The translations under genes and the position numbers were made by a program. From an uncultured virus (IMG/VR IMGVR_UViG_3300009080_001637) (taxonomy: Duplodnaviria; Heunggongvirae; Uroviricota; Caudoviricetes): a DNA stretch of 56,206 nucleotides. How positions within the stretch are numbered: the first letter of the stretch is position 1; every line of letters begins with the position of its first letter. Of this stretch, positions 1 through 11,021 are shown piece by piece. The stretch lies in IMG/VR virus record IMGVR_UViG_3300009080_001637, one strand, 5' to 3'. The notes beneath the pieces were generated by a model. That model made no database searches and was not told the DNA's origin. It worked only from the letters and a program-made list of their open reading frames with translations.

Positions 1-1
1 C

Positions 2-451
2 GGACATTTGATAAAATCAAATATTACTCTGAAGAACAATATTAAAACTTGGCTTTCTGATTACAAAATGATAAACGATTCGGTTAACATTATTAATGGG
101 AAAATTATTAATTTGGGGATAGATTTTACGCTAGTGTCAGAGTCTAATCACAATAAGTACAATATTATGGTAAATGCGAAAAACGAACTTCAGCGAGAAC
201 TTTTCACGAAGACGATGGAATTCGGCCAACCTTTTTATATTACAAAAGTTTACGATATCTTAAGGAAAGTTAGTGGAGTCTTGGACGTATCCAAAGTAAA
301 AATAAGGCAAGTAGTAGGTGACGGATACTCCAACACTGTTTTTAACATTGATCAATATACTTCTCCTGACGGCAGATATATAACTTGCCCGCTTAACGCA
401 GTTTTTGAGCTTAAAAATATGGAAACTAATATAATAGGAACGGTTAGATAA
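2..451 (+). CDS. Baseplate wedge subunit, T4 gp6/P2 gpJ-like, C-terminal part (5'-truncated by window edge)
   Basis: Frame is open from position 2. C-terminal pattern FGQPFYITKVYDILRKVSGVLDV is typical of gp6/baseplate J C-termini. Heads the baseplate cluster. Confidence 0.7.
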   Translation, partial: GHLIKSNITLKNNIKTWLSDYKMINDSVNIINGKIINLGIDFTLVSESNHNKYNIMVNAKNELQRELFTKTMEFGQPFYITKVYDILRKVSGVLDVSKVKIRQVVGDGYSNTVFNIDQYTSPDGRYITCPLNAVFELKNMETNIIGTVR

Positions 452-1914
452 TGGCTATTAAAAGATACAAAGCAGAAAAAGATACTACAATTTCAAATGC
501 CTACTCTTCAAACTTGACGACAAAAGCAACCGGGTCTAATATGGGGGGATCAGACGTATTAGAGATCTTTTCTATATATGGTCAAAACTCTAGTAGTGTA
601 GATGGACAGTCTATTGAGAAGTCCAGAATACTGTGCCAATTCCCAATATCAAATCTTGTTGCTGACCGAAACAGCAACAAGATTCCAGACTCAGGTCAGG
701 TACAGTTCTATTTAAAAATATTTAACGCAGAACACTCACAAACTCTCCCAAAGGACTTCACATTAGAGGTAGCAGCAGTATCCCAATCTTGGGAAGAAGG
801 GCGCGGCCTAGATATGGAAGACTATTCAGACATAGGATATGCTAATTGGCTATCCCCAGCTTCATCTTCGGGACCAGAGGTCCTCTGGGACACTGCTGGG
901 GGTACATTTTTAACTGCCTCTCAATACTCTTCTTATATCTACAGCCAAAACTTCCCGAATGGCACAGAGGACTTAGAAATCAATGTCACCTCTTTAGTGG
1001 AGAAATGGATATCGGAAGATCTCAGTAACTATGGGTTTGCCATTTATTTAACCTCAAGCCAAGAGGATGGTAGTGCATTTGAGTCTTATTATACCAAAAA
1101 ATTATTTTCTAGGACATCCGAGTTTTTTAATAAAAGACCGATGCTAGAATCTAGATGGAATTCTTCTATAGGGGATGATTCTTCCAATTTCTACCTCAGC
1201 AGTTCTTTAGCCCCAGCAGGTGATAATTTAAATACAATTTATTTTTATAATACTGTCCGAGGTAAGCACGAGAACATACCCAGCTTAACAGATGGAATTA
1301 TACACCTGTCTATGTATGACTCTATTGGTGGGAATAAAATTGGTCTTCCAGTAGGTGGCGGAGTTGTTACATCGGGAGACCTAAATGTTACCGGAGGTGT
1401 AACACAAAAAGGGTTTTATTCTGCTAGCTTTGCTTATACTTCTAGTGAAAATACTACGGCATATCCAGTCTGGCATCTAAACAATACGGAATACTTTACG
1501 GGTTCATCTGTGAGTTTGAAAACTTTCGGTCAGCAGCGCGGGACAGAATACATTTCAACTGTAACAAACTTAAAGCACTCTTATTCCAACAACGAGAATG
1601 TTAGAATAAGATTATTTACTAGAATAAAAGACTGGTCTCCGACTATTTATACTAAAGCTGTAAAAAAGATAACACCAGAGATTGTAGAAAAAATATTTTA
1701 TACAGTCGAAAGGACGGTTGATAAATTGCCTATCGTTTCTTATGGTACGGGAAGCGAGAACCACACGTTACTTTCTTATGATGCATCTGGTGGTTATTTT
1801 GACCTAGATATGAATATCTTTGAGAAAGGATATTCATATGATATAAAATTTTTATTTTATATCAATGACGAGTACAAAGAGCAGACAGAAGTTTTTAAAT
1901 TTAGAGTAGAATAA
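451..1914 (+). CDS. Virion/baseplate protein with DNRLRE (disaggregatase-related)-like domain
   Basis: 487 aa. Motifs EKDTTI, SRILCQF, SQSWEEG, INVTSLVEKWI, NYGF and RPMLESRW resemble the DNRLRE fold. TAATG-coupled to the upstream gene. Confidence 0.55.
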   Translation: MAIKRYKAEKDTTISNAYSSNLTTKATGSNMGGSDVLEIFSIYGQNSSSVDGQSIEKSRILCQFPISNLVADRNSNKIPDSGQVQFYLKIFNAEHSQTLPKDFTLEVAAVSQSWEEGRGLDMEDYSDIGYANWLSPASSSGPEVLWDTAGGTFLTASQYSSYIYSQNFPNGTEDLEINVTSLVEKWISEDLSNYGFAIYLTSSQEDGSAFESYYTKKLFSRTSEFFNKRPMLESRWNSSIGDDSSNFYLSSSLAPAGDNLNTIYFYNTVRGKHENIPSLTDGIIHLSMYDSIGGNKIGLPVGGGVVTSGDLNVTGGVTQKGFYSASFAYTSSENTTAYPVWHLNNTEYFTGSSVSLKTFGQQRGTEYISTVTNLKHSYSNNENVRIRLFTRIKDWSPTIYTKAVKKITPEIVEKIFYTVERTVDKLPIVSYGTGSENHTLLSYDASGGYFDLDMNIFEKGYSYDIKFLFYINDEYKEQTEVFKFRVE

Positions 1915-1916
1915 AC

Positions 1917-4900
1917 ATGTCGATCAAAGAACTATTCAGAAACGAGGAAGCAACCAATATTGCTTCTGATTTGTCAACCTCCGATATTAATTCGGAATTA
2001 GATTCTTCTAACGAAAAATATATTGAGATTTACGAGTCGCATAAAAATCGAGTGTTGCCTCATACCGACTTGTCCGACCCAGAGGCCTTTGCCGTCTACG
2101 GCTCTGCGGAAAAATATTATTATGACAGTATTAAAAGAATTTATAATACATATCCATACGATGGCTCTGCATTCGAGAAGACTACTTGGAGACTCAGCTC
2201 CTCTTATTTAGACCTGCATCTAATTGACAATGAATATCCTAAAACTAATGGCTACATATCTCTCGCCACGGAAGGCTGGGGCGATCAGGTGGATTCTGTT
2301 TCTAACTATGGGGCAACCTCGACATCTTCGTATGAATATATTGAAGTTGCCAATCCTATAAATAAGGACAATAAAGTAGATGTTGACAATGGTGTAGGGT
2401 TTAATCTGAATATCGATCCAATCTTGGGAAACACTGTAGAGTTTTGGCTAAAAAAAGACGGATTAGTCAGCTCAGGTAAAACAGAAAGAGAAGTTATATT
2501 TGACCTCTGGAACGGAGCTTCGACTCTAAACGCCCAATATGCTAGATTCAGGGTCGAGCTTGATACCACTGTTGACGAAGCAGATTCACCATTTTTAGTG
2601 ACATATATGTCGGGCGCGGAGGGATTTAACTCAACGCCAATTGGGGATACTTTCTCCGCCGCTAAAATGTTAAACGGGTGGAACCATCTTGCTCTATCGT
2701 TTATGTCAGCGAGCGCTTCTTCGCAGATAAAATTTTATGTGAATGGAGAGCTTGAACACACAATCTCCTCCTCTGACACCCTGAGTGCAGTAGTTAATAC
2801 TGGTAGTGTGATGCTATTGGGTTCACTGGTGGCCGCACCCGAGGGCTCCGCTTATTTGGATTATTCTGATGGACTAATGAAGGGTTGGGCTAAATTATCA
2901 GGATCTTTAGATGAGTTTAGATTTTGGAAGAGGTGTAGGAACTCTAGAGAAATAAGTAGAAATTGGTTCACTCATGTTGAGGGTGGCTCTAATGAAAGCG
3001 GAAACCTAACTTCTCTGGGGGTTTATTTTAAATTTAATGAAGGCGTGACCGAGAACAGTGCTATTGATAGCAAGATTTTAGATTACTCTGGTAAAGTATC
3101 AAACGGAAATTGGGTTGGTTATCCGGGACCTCCCGCAAGGTCAACAAACTCTGCCATAGTTGAACATGGGGCCGCAGAACTTGAAATAAAAGATCCGATT
3201 ATTTACCAAGAACACCCATCGATTGTAAAACTTGCCGAAGAGAAAAGAAAGATAGGGGTTGAATATGATGACAGAAACAACTCTACTATTATCGATTCTC
3301 TTCCTTCTTGGATCATAGATAATGATGACGAGGGCGCGGGGGAGTTAAAAAATATAACTCAGGTTATCGCCAGCTACTTTGATTCATTACAAATACAGGT
3401 GAGAGAAATACCCAGACTCCTCGATGCTAGCTATGTCAGCGGAAGTTCCAAGGGAGAGGGATATTACAAGCCTTTACCGTTTTCAGATAGAAAGCTCGAA
3501 GCTAAAGGATTCCCGGCTCCCGATATTTTTATAGATGCAGAAATACTGGACTTTTTTAAGTCTAGAGGTGAAGAGTTAGTTTATAAAGATAATCTACATG
3601 ATATTAAAAATTTAATTTATAACAACATATACAATAATTTAATTTATATATATAAGTCTAAAGGTACGGAGAAATCATTTCGCAATCTTCTCCATTGTTA
3701 TGGAATCGATGACGAGCTAATTAAAGTAAACGTATACTCTGATAATGAAACTTATTCTTTAAAAGACACTTACAGGAATTCAATAGAGAAAAAAAAGTAT
3801 GTTGATTTTTTCAACCGCGATCATCTGGATGCTTGTGTGATTCAATACACTTCAAGTACAATACCCGATGCTTATTCGTATGTATCTAACGCTAGGGACA
3901 TCGCGCCGCTTAATCTTACATCTATTGAAAAAGACAGGTTTTCTAGAAAATCAGTAACTGCGGAGATAGAAGCCTTTTTCCCAAAACTGTTAGAGCAGAG
4001 TTCAAAGAAATATTTTCAAGTTCCGATAACCAGTTCGATCTTTGGCGCACACGCTACTGCAAACTCGGCGGACTCAGACCCAATCGATTACACGTGGAGT
4101 ACAGCGGACAGTGGTAGCTTCCAAGTCTTTGCAGTCAGAAATAATATTGATTCACCCAATGTTAGGTTCATGCTGACCTCTTCAAACTCAACTTTGTTTA
4201 CGGAACTTACTAGTTCTGTTTTTGCAGATGTCTACTCTGATCAAAGGTGGCATTTTGCAGTCAGAGTGAAACAGAACAAAGAGAAAGAGGGCAATGTTGG
4301 TAGGTCCGCTTATTTACCAGCATCCCCAACGGATTACAAGATATCTTTCTATGGAGTCCGTCCGATAATAGACAATACTTCAGAAAGTTTCCTCGTCACT
4401 GGTTCATTGACAAAAGATCAAGGTGAAGCCTTTTTATCCTCAAATAAAAGATTTTTCGTCGGTGCCCATAGGGAGAACTTTGTAGGTACAGTCTTGCAAC
4501 AAGCAGCACCTCGCGTTTCGTCTTTTAGATATTGGTTAGATTACTTAGAAGACAACACATTAAATAAACATGCAGTTAGCCCTCTGAATTATGGCACCGA
4601 CAACCCGATAGATAACGCATATTTTTATGAATATGGCGATAGGGATTTTGGAGCAGTGTCGCCATACGGCGAATCATGGGATAGAACATATGCAATCACT
4701 GGCAGTGCAGTACCAAAGTCAAGAACCCTTGCAATTAATTGGAGCTTTGACGAACTCACCGGCTCGTATTCAGTCGCAGAAGACCCTTTTATAAACTTTG
4801 AAGTCACCGACCAGTCTTCGGGTTCCTTCCCTAATTTGGCACCCGCAGGGATGGCCAACTATATTGGCAGTACGTTAAACAATCATTATCCAGCAGCAGG

Positions 4901-7900
4901 GTTTGGATTCCCTGCAAACACCAAAGAATCGATTAGAGTTCAACATTTACAGACCGCAAAAAAGACTTTGCTAGAGAACATTAGTAATCATGACAGTATT
5001 GAGGTGGTAGATACAATAGAATCTGATTTGTTTTCAATAGACGAGCGCCCAATAAAATACTTTATATCTCTAGAAAAGAGTATGTATCAGAATATATCGG
5101 AAGAAATAATAAACATGTTTTCCTCCATGGAGGCGTTCAACAACATCATCGGAGAACCAGTAGAAAGGTATAGACACTCTTATAAAAAGCTAGAAAAACT
5201 AAGGCAAATATTTTTTGAAAAAGTTCATTCTGACATCGATTTAGACAGGTTTATTGATTTTTATAAATGGTTTGATATTTCAATTAGCAAGATGATCGCA
5301 GAATTAATTCCTGTGTCTGCAAGAGCTAGTGACAAAATATATAATATTGTCGAAAGTCATATCTTAGAGAGAAACAAATATCAAACAAAGATACCTACCC
5401 TTGATTATAGAGGGAATGAGCTAGAGACAACGGCGCTTCCCTCCGGGATTATTGATAGAACTAGCTTATTAGAAGAAAGAATATCTAGATTAAACAGGGA
5501 AATTTCTGGATACCCAAATAGTCAACCAACTCGGCCTAGCTCCCCTCAGAGAGAAGTTCAGAATCCGATTTGGTGGAGATGGTATGCCGAAAGAAATAAC
5601 CCTTCTTTCGGGGCCGGAGTAAACCTCGCTGAAAACAGAGAAGCACTCTTAAAAGTCATTAAAGGTAATAGAGAAATAAGCAGAGAGTCCCTTGTTAGAA
5701 CCACATTTAATATTGACAGGCAATATAAAGTTGGAAGCAACTTTTATTCGAATAAAAACTATAATTTTCACAAGGGACTCACAACTGTAGACAAAATTGG
5801 TATTGTTTTAAAAGATTCGATTCAGAGACTAAGTGATGTAGAATTTTATCAAGATTTGCTATCAAAAGAGAAGATGAACTTTAATTTAGATACTCCTTCT
5901 GGAGGAGTATCTGGTGATACTGGAGCACCATTTAACCTTTTTAGCTCTTCTGTTTCTACCGGGTATGTTGAGTCGTCTGGGTTAAGGGCGCTAAAGGAAG
6001 ATGTTATTGTAACCAATCATCACCACGACCAATACAATCAAGAATTATCAATTCAAAGTCCATTTACAAAGGCTCATGTTGGTGGGATGACTCACAGGGA
6101 AATCTCGATAAACAGAGGGGCGGATAACATAGATAATAGACCAGAAGCATGGCGGTTAAACATCGGGGCAAACCAACTGGAAATCTCCTCTTCCTTACTT
6201 ATTGACACAAAGCCCCACCTACCTAGATCTTATTTTTACAGAGATGGTGTTGCTAGACGGCCCCTTAACATAGCAAACATTAAATATTCTACAGGGTCTT
6301 ATATCTTGGGGAACTATTCCAATGAAAGCGAAATAGTTCAAACCTCTAATCGAACCCTCAATAATCAGTGGTTTGTGAAGTCGGGCTCTATAGCTGGGAC
6401 TATAAAGAACTACTCTATCGATTCTCTTAGGGCTATCGAGACTTCTCCATCTCTATATGTTGGCGGTTTATCAGAGTATAAAAAGCCAGAAAGAGGAAAA
6501 ACTAAGCATGTCATCGTCGAAAGATTCTCCGCACCCGGCGGCCCAGAAACTATGGGCGATGCTAACGGCGGCCACGGCTTAGATGTTTTTGCTGCCGAAT
6601 ATTCACCATATAACATGATGAACTATAGAAATAGAAACGTTAGAGATTTTCTCGACAGAGTATCTCGGCAACATACAGGGCCAGCAGGATTTTCAGCGTT
6701 TACAGGAGATACAGGGTCTTGGTACTCTGACAACCCTAGCGCATCTTATTACAAAATAAATAACAACCCTAGAACAAAAATCATTTACGATGCTGGTGGC
6801 TATTCAACAGGTGCGGTCTATGATAACATGTTCCTACAAACTCCAATACCAGCACAGGATTATGGATACTCGTGGATAACTGCATCAATAACTGGCAGTA
6901 AAGATGTCTATGGTCACGCGACTAATCCAGACCAAATAATTTTTTACACAGCTAGTGGTTTAATGTACTCTCGCTTAAATACAAATATAGTATCAGATTC
7001 GAATTTATTTACCACTTCTTCCAGTGGAAACAGTTTAAACACCTTTTTGAACAATATTAACGGGGTGGGAGGGTATACCCCATGGAAAGAAATATCCGGC
7101 AGATATCACCCGGTACGGAGATATCAGGTAAAGAATAACATATTCTCGGTAACAAGAAAAGAAAAGATAAATTTATCTGATGGTAACGCCTCTCTGCTCG
7201 AAATCAGATATGGTTACCACGAACCGCCCTTGACAAACAAATATAAATATCTTAGCCACGAGTTCATCAATTCGGAAGACCCAAACTTTAGTATAGTAGT
7301 AGACCATTCTTATGCAAACAATAAAAGTAGATTTTCTAACAAAGGCTTAACACTTAAGCTGTACGGGGAGGGTGAAGATTCTAGTGAACAGATTTACGAT
7401 AAACTGGTTTCAGATTACACCTCTGTTAATCCGGGTAAGGATACCGGCCTAAAATTTAAAAATTTGATTTACAGAGAAACCGTCTATCCAAAAGAAAAAA
7501 ATACATTTTTAAACAAATCAAGAACAAGAAACGCGTTTTCTTATAACAATATATGGGTATCCGGTTCTTTAAATGGAGGTTATTATGATCCTCAGGATTA
7601 TAGTTACAACGCTTTTTTTACTGAGACGGAACTAGAAAGTTTTTTTGTGAACGGAAGAAATTCTGAAGACGCGCCTGAGTATTTGCCGTGGTTCGAGGCG
7701 CACGGGGCATTTGGGGCCCACGGGTCTAGTCGTCTAGCTTTATGGCCGCTGGCGTGCAGGTCAGACTTCTTAACCGATGAACCACCTATTTCCGGTAGCG
7801 CGCAACTCCCATATACTGACGCGGAAGATCATTATACCGGGTCTGATAACAATTTGAATCTAGAGGATTCAGGTGAGCTTCAAAGTTTGAGAGTTACATT

Positions 7901-10900
7901 CTCGGGACGGTCTCTGGGGCAGGTTGGTGGAACTGGCTTTAGCGTGTCTCCAATTTACCAGAGGAGAGTTATGTTGGGGGGTTTTGACCTCACTGGTACT
8001 TGTAACTCTGGGACGGATAAAGAGTTCATGGGCGGAGATATGATCTGGGAGACCCCAGTCCAATCTGGGTACGATCCTTATTACCCTTCGTATGAATTAT
8101 ATTCGGAAACGATGCGCGCACAGGGGAAGGATTATACTGTTGTGCCAGAATACCGCTTTACACCTCTTTTGCAAAGTTATAGGCCTATGGTTGAATACGG
8201 CGACTCCGGGTGGGGTGCGAAGGATCATGAACTCTACTCTGAGTTTTTAACCAATACTCCAGACAACTCTAATCTTTATAAATCAATTAGCCATGCCTAC
8301 ACGATAACTGGTTCTGAGTCAAAAGATAGTAGAGACAGAGATTTCATATCAGAATATCTGCATACAGATTTTCTTAAATATTTTGATGTAATCAACGATC
8401 AACACGACAGAACTGTTGGAGCTAATTCTAGGCAGACATCAGGTGAATATGAAGCAAAAACAGTTAGATTAACTTGCAAGGCATTCAAAAGGTTTTTGCC
8501 ATACAAAGGTTTCTACCCAGCAGAGAGAGCTTTAGAAATATCAAAAATTTTCTGGAATACCCATAAATATTTAATTAGTGGATCGACAGAATGGTCGAGT
8601 GGGGATATAGGCACGACATTGGCAAATGCTAGACCTCTAGCTCAGGCGTTATTTTCACCGGGGATCCTATTCAACACTATAAAATCAGGTATCGCAGTTG
8701 ATTATCCAGTTTATACAAGTTCTCTAAATTATGGTGCGGTTCATTCTAGAAGTTGCGATGAGCGATATGGACCCCTCTATATTTCATCCCCCGATACGCC
8801 ACACAGCCATCACCAAAGAGTGTTTGACTTATTGACCTCAAGTTTCGATACTAGGGTGCCATTTGAAGCAATAATGGACCCCATAGAATATATTCAACAC
8901 AAAATATATGATCAGGAAGTGCACCCGCTTTCTCTTGTGGACGGAAACGGCGACTTCTATTTTAACCAAACAGTTAGCCCGTCGCCGCTGTATAAAATGG
9001 CAATAAATAATTTTCTTGCAGAAACTATGAATCTATTCCTGCGCAATCAAGGACCATCCAAAATAATTTCTAAAAAAGTTCGAACAGTAAGCGTAGATAC
9101 AGATTCTTACGAGAGATACTCTATGGACGTTAATCTTATACAGACACAGGACTTTACTCTGTATAATCGAGGGTCGGCGTTTGGCCCAGCCACAGCAAGA
9201 AAACATCAATGTAACGATCCTTCTCTAAGTGGATATGTTTCGTTGAACCTCGGTCTGCAGAGAACTGGCTCTTGCTACTCTCCGTTTACACCTCCCTATT
9301 TTGATAGTTTTGCTGGCAAATCAGAGTCCGGTGTCGCAATAGACAATGAACCGCGCCCAGCAATAGCAAGAGTTGTTTTCCCAAAAGAAGGAGTAACTTT
9401 AGAAGATAGGGCCTATACTATACCAGAGATAATCAGATCTAGTAGTATATCTTATATTAGGCCAAATGAAGGGGAATCATACTCGGCCAATTCAGCAAAC
9501 GATTCGTCTGGAGGCGTGTACGCATCCAGAAATTATTACAACCAGAGCGGCCCCGGGTTTGCAGATGCTATGCAAATATCCTCTTCTGTAAATTTAACAG
9601 ATTTTATCACTTTTAACAATACAACCTTCGATGAAGAGGGTGGGATTATTAACACTTCAGAGCAAGGATCAGAAGAAAAACCTATAACTCAATGGATAAT
9701 ATCTCCAAAGTTCGAATGCCCTGCTCTTAACTTCGAGAACTCAGCTTATACGATGCCGACTTATGGTCATGCTTCTGATTACGGTTTTGTTTCTAAAGGT
9801 ATGTGGCATCAACAAGGAGAGATACCATCCGAGAACAGTGGAATCTTCTTGACTATAACTGACTCAAATCTTTCTGAAATTTCATGGCCATATAGAGCAG
9901 GTCAGGCGCTATCATCTGTCAATGATGCTTTTTCACAACAATGGGCCCCCAGTCAAACTGAGAAGACAGGCAGTTTGGCGAAACTTCTTGATTTTAAGTC
10001 ACCAGATACCAACACAAATAAAGTTAAGATCGGTGAAGTTTTAAGCAATAAAGAATTCAAAGAAGTTTACGAGGCTGTTGTCGCTATACCATTTGTCTTA
10101 GATTCTTCTGATAATAAAGTATTTTTCAAAATTGATAAAAATCAGGTCAATGCTATTAAGAACGGACAGTCATATGATAGGGGAGCAGACGAAGAGAAAT
10201 CCTACAAGGCAACTGCAAAAATAGTTAATTGCTTAAATAAATATGTTTTCCCACCCCAGTTTGACTTTGTTAGAACAGAGGATATAGATCCATTTGCAAT
10301 GTTTATCTTTGAGTTTGATTATAAATTTTCTGGAGAAGATTTGTCAAATATGTGGCAGAATGTCCTTCCTCCAAGCTCAGACAAGACTTTCGGGCCGGGA
10401 GTCCAACCCAATGAATACGAGGATACAGTATCGGAATCAGTTGTAGCTCATCCGGTTTTGTATGACATGTTCTATAACTACTCCGACACTGAAGGGGGAG
10501 ATCGATTAAGGTGGTTCGTTTTTAAGGTAAAACAGAAAGCACTTGTAAATTACAATGACTTAATAAGAGCTTCGAGATTAGATAAGCGATTGATGGACAA
10601 TATATTAAAAAACACAAAAAATGATAAGACTATAACCTCTGTTGACGTCTCAAGAATTAACAAAATGGTTGAGGCCACACTCTTTGATCCAAAGATTAAC
10701 GAGTCTTTGGACGTAAGCAACTCATTAAAGGGGTATAGTTACAATTGGCCATATGACTATTTTTCTTTCGTTGAGTTAATAAAAATCAACGCGGAGGTAA
10801 CGTATGGCGTCGAAGATTCGGGTACTTCTAATTTGGGATACGAAAATTTGAGAGATAACATGCCCAGCAACGCGTCTACTCCACGTACCGCTGGTGTTGT

Positions 10901-11006
10901 AGAAAGGCCGCCTGATCCGCTGGTGAATAGAACCGAGGTGGCTAACTCAGTCCTAAAAGGGGATCAAGGTGTTTTAGTTCCAGACCAGTCAAAGTTTAAT
11001 TTTTAA
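1917..11006 (+). CDS. Giant baseplate wedge protein (T4 gp7/P2 gpI-like motif) with LamG/concanavalin A-like domains
   Basis: 3029 aa. LamG motifs TVEFWLK, WNHLALSF, FYVNG, SGSLDEFRFW, YFKFNEG, plus a second WHFAVRV/SSFRYW unit. The wedge motif YKSKGTEKSFRNLLHCYG is present. Confidence 0.65.
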   Translation: MSIKELFRNEEATNIASDLSTSDINSELDSSNEKYIEIYESHKNRVLPHTDLSDPEAFAVYGSAEKYYYDSIKRIYNTYPYDGSAFEKTTWRLSSSYLDLHLIDNEYPKTNGYISLATEGWGDQVDSVSNYGATSTSSYEYIEVANPINKDNKVDVDNGVGFNLNIDPILGNTVEFWLKKDGLVSSGKTEREVIFDLWNGASTLNAQYARFRVELDTTVDEADSPFLVTYMSGAEGFNSTPIGDTFSAAKMLNGWNHLALSFMSASASSQIKFYVNGELEHTISSSDTLSAVVNTGSVMLLGSLVAAPEGSAYLDYSDGLMKGWAKLSGSLDEFRFWKRCRNSREISRNWFTHVEGGSNESGNLTSLGVYFKFNEGVTENSAIDSKILDYSGKVSNGNWVGYPGPPARSTNSAIVEHGAAELEIKDPIIYQEHPSIVKLAEEKRKIGVEYDDRNNSTIIDSLPSWIIDNDDEGAGELKNITQVIASYFDSLQIQVREIPRLLDASYVSGSSKGEGYYKPLPFSDRKLEAKGFPAPDIFIDAEILDFFKSRGEELVYKDNLHDIKNLIYNNIYNNLIYIYKSKGTEKSFRNLLHCYGIDDELIKVNVYSDNETYSLKDTYRNSIEKKKYVDFFNRDHLDACVIQYTSSTIPDAYSYVSNARDIAPLNLTSIEKDRFSRKSVTAEIEAFFPKLLEQSSKKYFQVPITSSIFGAHATANSADSDPIDYTWSTADSGSFQVFAVRNNIDSPNVRFMLTSSNSTLFTELTSSVFADVYSDQRWHFAVRVKQNKEKEGNVGRSAYLPASPTDYKISFYGVRPIIDNTSESFLVTGSLTKDQGEAFLSSNKRFFVGAHRENFVGTVLQQAAPRVSSFRYWLDYLEDNTLNKHAVSPLNYGTDNPIDNAYFYEYGDRDFGAVSPYGESWDRTYAITGSAVPKSRTLAINWSFDELTGSYSVAEDPFINFEVTDQSSGSFPNLAPAGMANYIGSTLNNHYPAAGFGFPANTKESIRVQHLQTAKKTLLENISNHDSIEVVDTIESDLFSIDERPIKYFISLEKSMYQNISEEIINMFSSMEAFNNIIGEPVERYRHSYKKLEKLRQIFFEKVHSDIDLDRFIDFYKWFDISISKMIAELIPVSARASDKIYNIVESHILERNKYQTKIPTLDYRGNELETTALPSGIIDRTSLLEERISRLNREISGYPNSQPTRPSSPQREVQNPIWWRWYAERNNPSFGAGVNLAENREALLKVIKGNREISRESLVRTTFNIDRQYKVGSNFYSNKNYNFHKGLTTVDKIGIVLKDSIQRLSDVEFYQDLLSKEKMNFNLDTPSGGVSGDTGAPFNLFSSSVSTGYVESSGLRALKEDVIVTNHHHDQYNQELSIQSPFTKAHVGGMTHREISINRGADNIDNRPEAWRLNIGANQLEISSSLLIDTKPHLPRSYFYRDGVARRPLNIANIKYSTGSYILGNYSNESEIVQTSNRTLNNQWFVKSGSIAGTIKNYSIDSLRAIETSPSLYVGGLSEYKKPERGKTKHVIVERFSAPGGPETMGDANGGHGLDVFAAEYSPYNMMNYRNRNVRDFLDRVSRQHTGPAGFSAFTGDTGSWYSDNPSASYYKINNNPRTKIIYDAGGYSTGAVYDNMFLQTPIPAQDYGYSWITASITGSKDVYGHATNPDQIIFYTASGLMYSRLNTNIVSDSNLFTTSSSGNSLNTFLNNINGVGGYTPWKEISGRYHPVRRYQVKNNIFSVTRKEKINLSDGNASLLEIRYGYHEPPLTNKYKYLSHEFINSEDPNFSIVVDHSYANNKSRFSNKGLTLKLYGEGEDSSEQIYDKLVSDYTSVNPGKDTGLKFKNLIYRETVYPKEKNTFLNKSRTRNAFSYNNIWVSGSLNGGYYDPQDYSYNAFFTETELESFFVNGRNSEDAPEYLPWFEAHGAFGAHGSSRLALWPLACRSDFLTDEPPISGSAQLPYTDAEDHYTGSDNNLNLEDSGELQSLRVTFSGRSLGQVGGTGFSVSPIYQRRVMLGGFDLTGTCNSGTDKEFMGGDMIWETPVQSGYDPYYPSYELYSETMRAQGKDYTVVPEYRFTPLLQSYRPMVEYGDSGWGAKDHELYSEFLTNTPDNSNLYKSISHAYTITGSESKDSRDRDFISEYLHTDFLKYFDVINDQHDRTVGANSRQTSGEYEAKTVRLTCKAFKRFLPYKGFYPAERALEISKIFWNTHKYLISGSTEWSSGDIGTTLANARPLAQALFSPGILFNTIKSGIAVDYPVYTSSLNYGAVHSRSCDERYGPLYISSPDTPHSHHQRVFDLLTSSFDTRVPFEAIMDPIEYIQHKIYDQEVHPLSLVDGNGDFYFNQTVSPSPLYKMAINNFLAETMNLFLRNQGPSKIISKKVRTVSVDTDSYERYSMDVNLIQTQDFTLYNRGSAFGPATARKHQCNDPSLSGYVSLNLGLQRTGSCYSPFTPPYFDSFAGKSESGVAIDNEPRPAIARVVFPKEGVTLEDRAYTIPEIIRSSSISYIRPNEGESYSANSANDSSGGVYASRNYYNQSGPGFADAMQISSSVNLTDFITFNNTTFDEEGGIINTSEQGSEEKPITQWIISPKFECPALNFENSAYTMPTYGHASDYGFVSKGMWHQQGEIPSENSGIFLTITDSNLSEISWPYRAGQALSSVNDAFSQQWAPSQTEKTGSLAKLLDFKSPDTNTNKVKIGEVLSNKEFKEVYEAVVAIPFVLDSSDNKVFFKIDKNQVNAIKNGQSYDRGADEEKSYKATAKIVNCLNKYVFPPQFDFVRTEDIDPFAMFIFEFDYKFSGEDLSNMWQNVLPPSSDKTFGPGVQPNEYEDTVSESVVAHPVLYDMFYNYSDTEGGDRLRWFVFKVKQKALVNYNDLIRASRLDKRLMDNILKNTKNDKTITSVDVSRINKMVEATLFDPKINESLDVSNSLKGYSYNWPYDYFSFVELIKINAEVTYGVEDSGTSNLGYENLRDNMPSNASTPRTAGVVERPPDPLVNRTEVANSVLKGDQGVLVPDQSKFNF

Positions 11007-11021
11007 TTTAGGTGATCTTAC

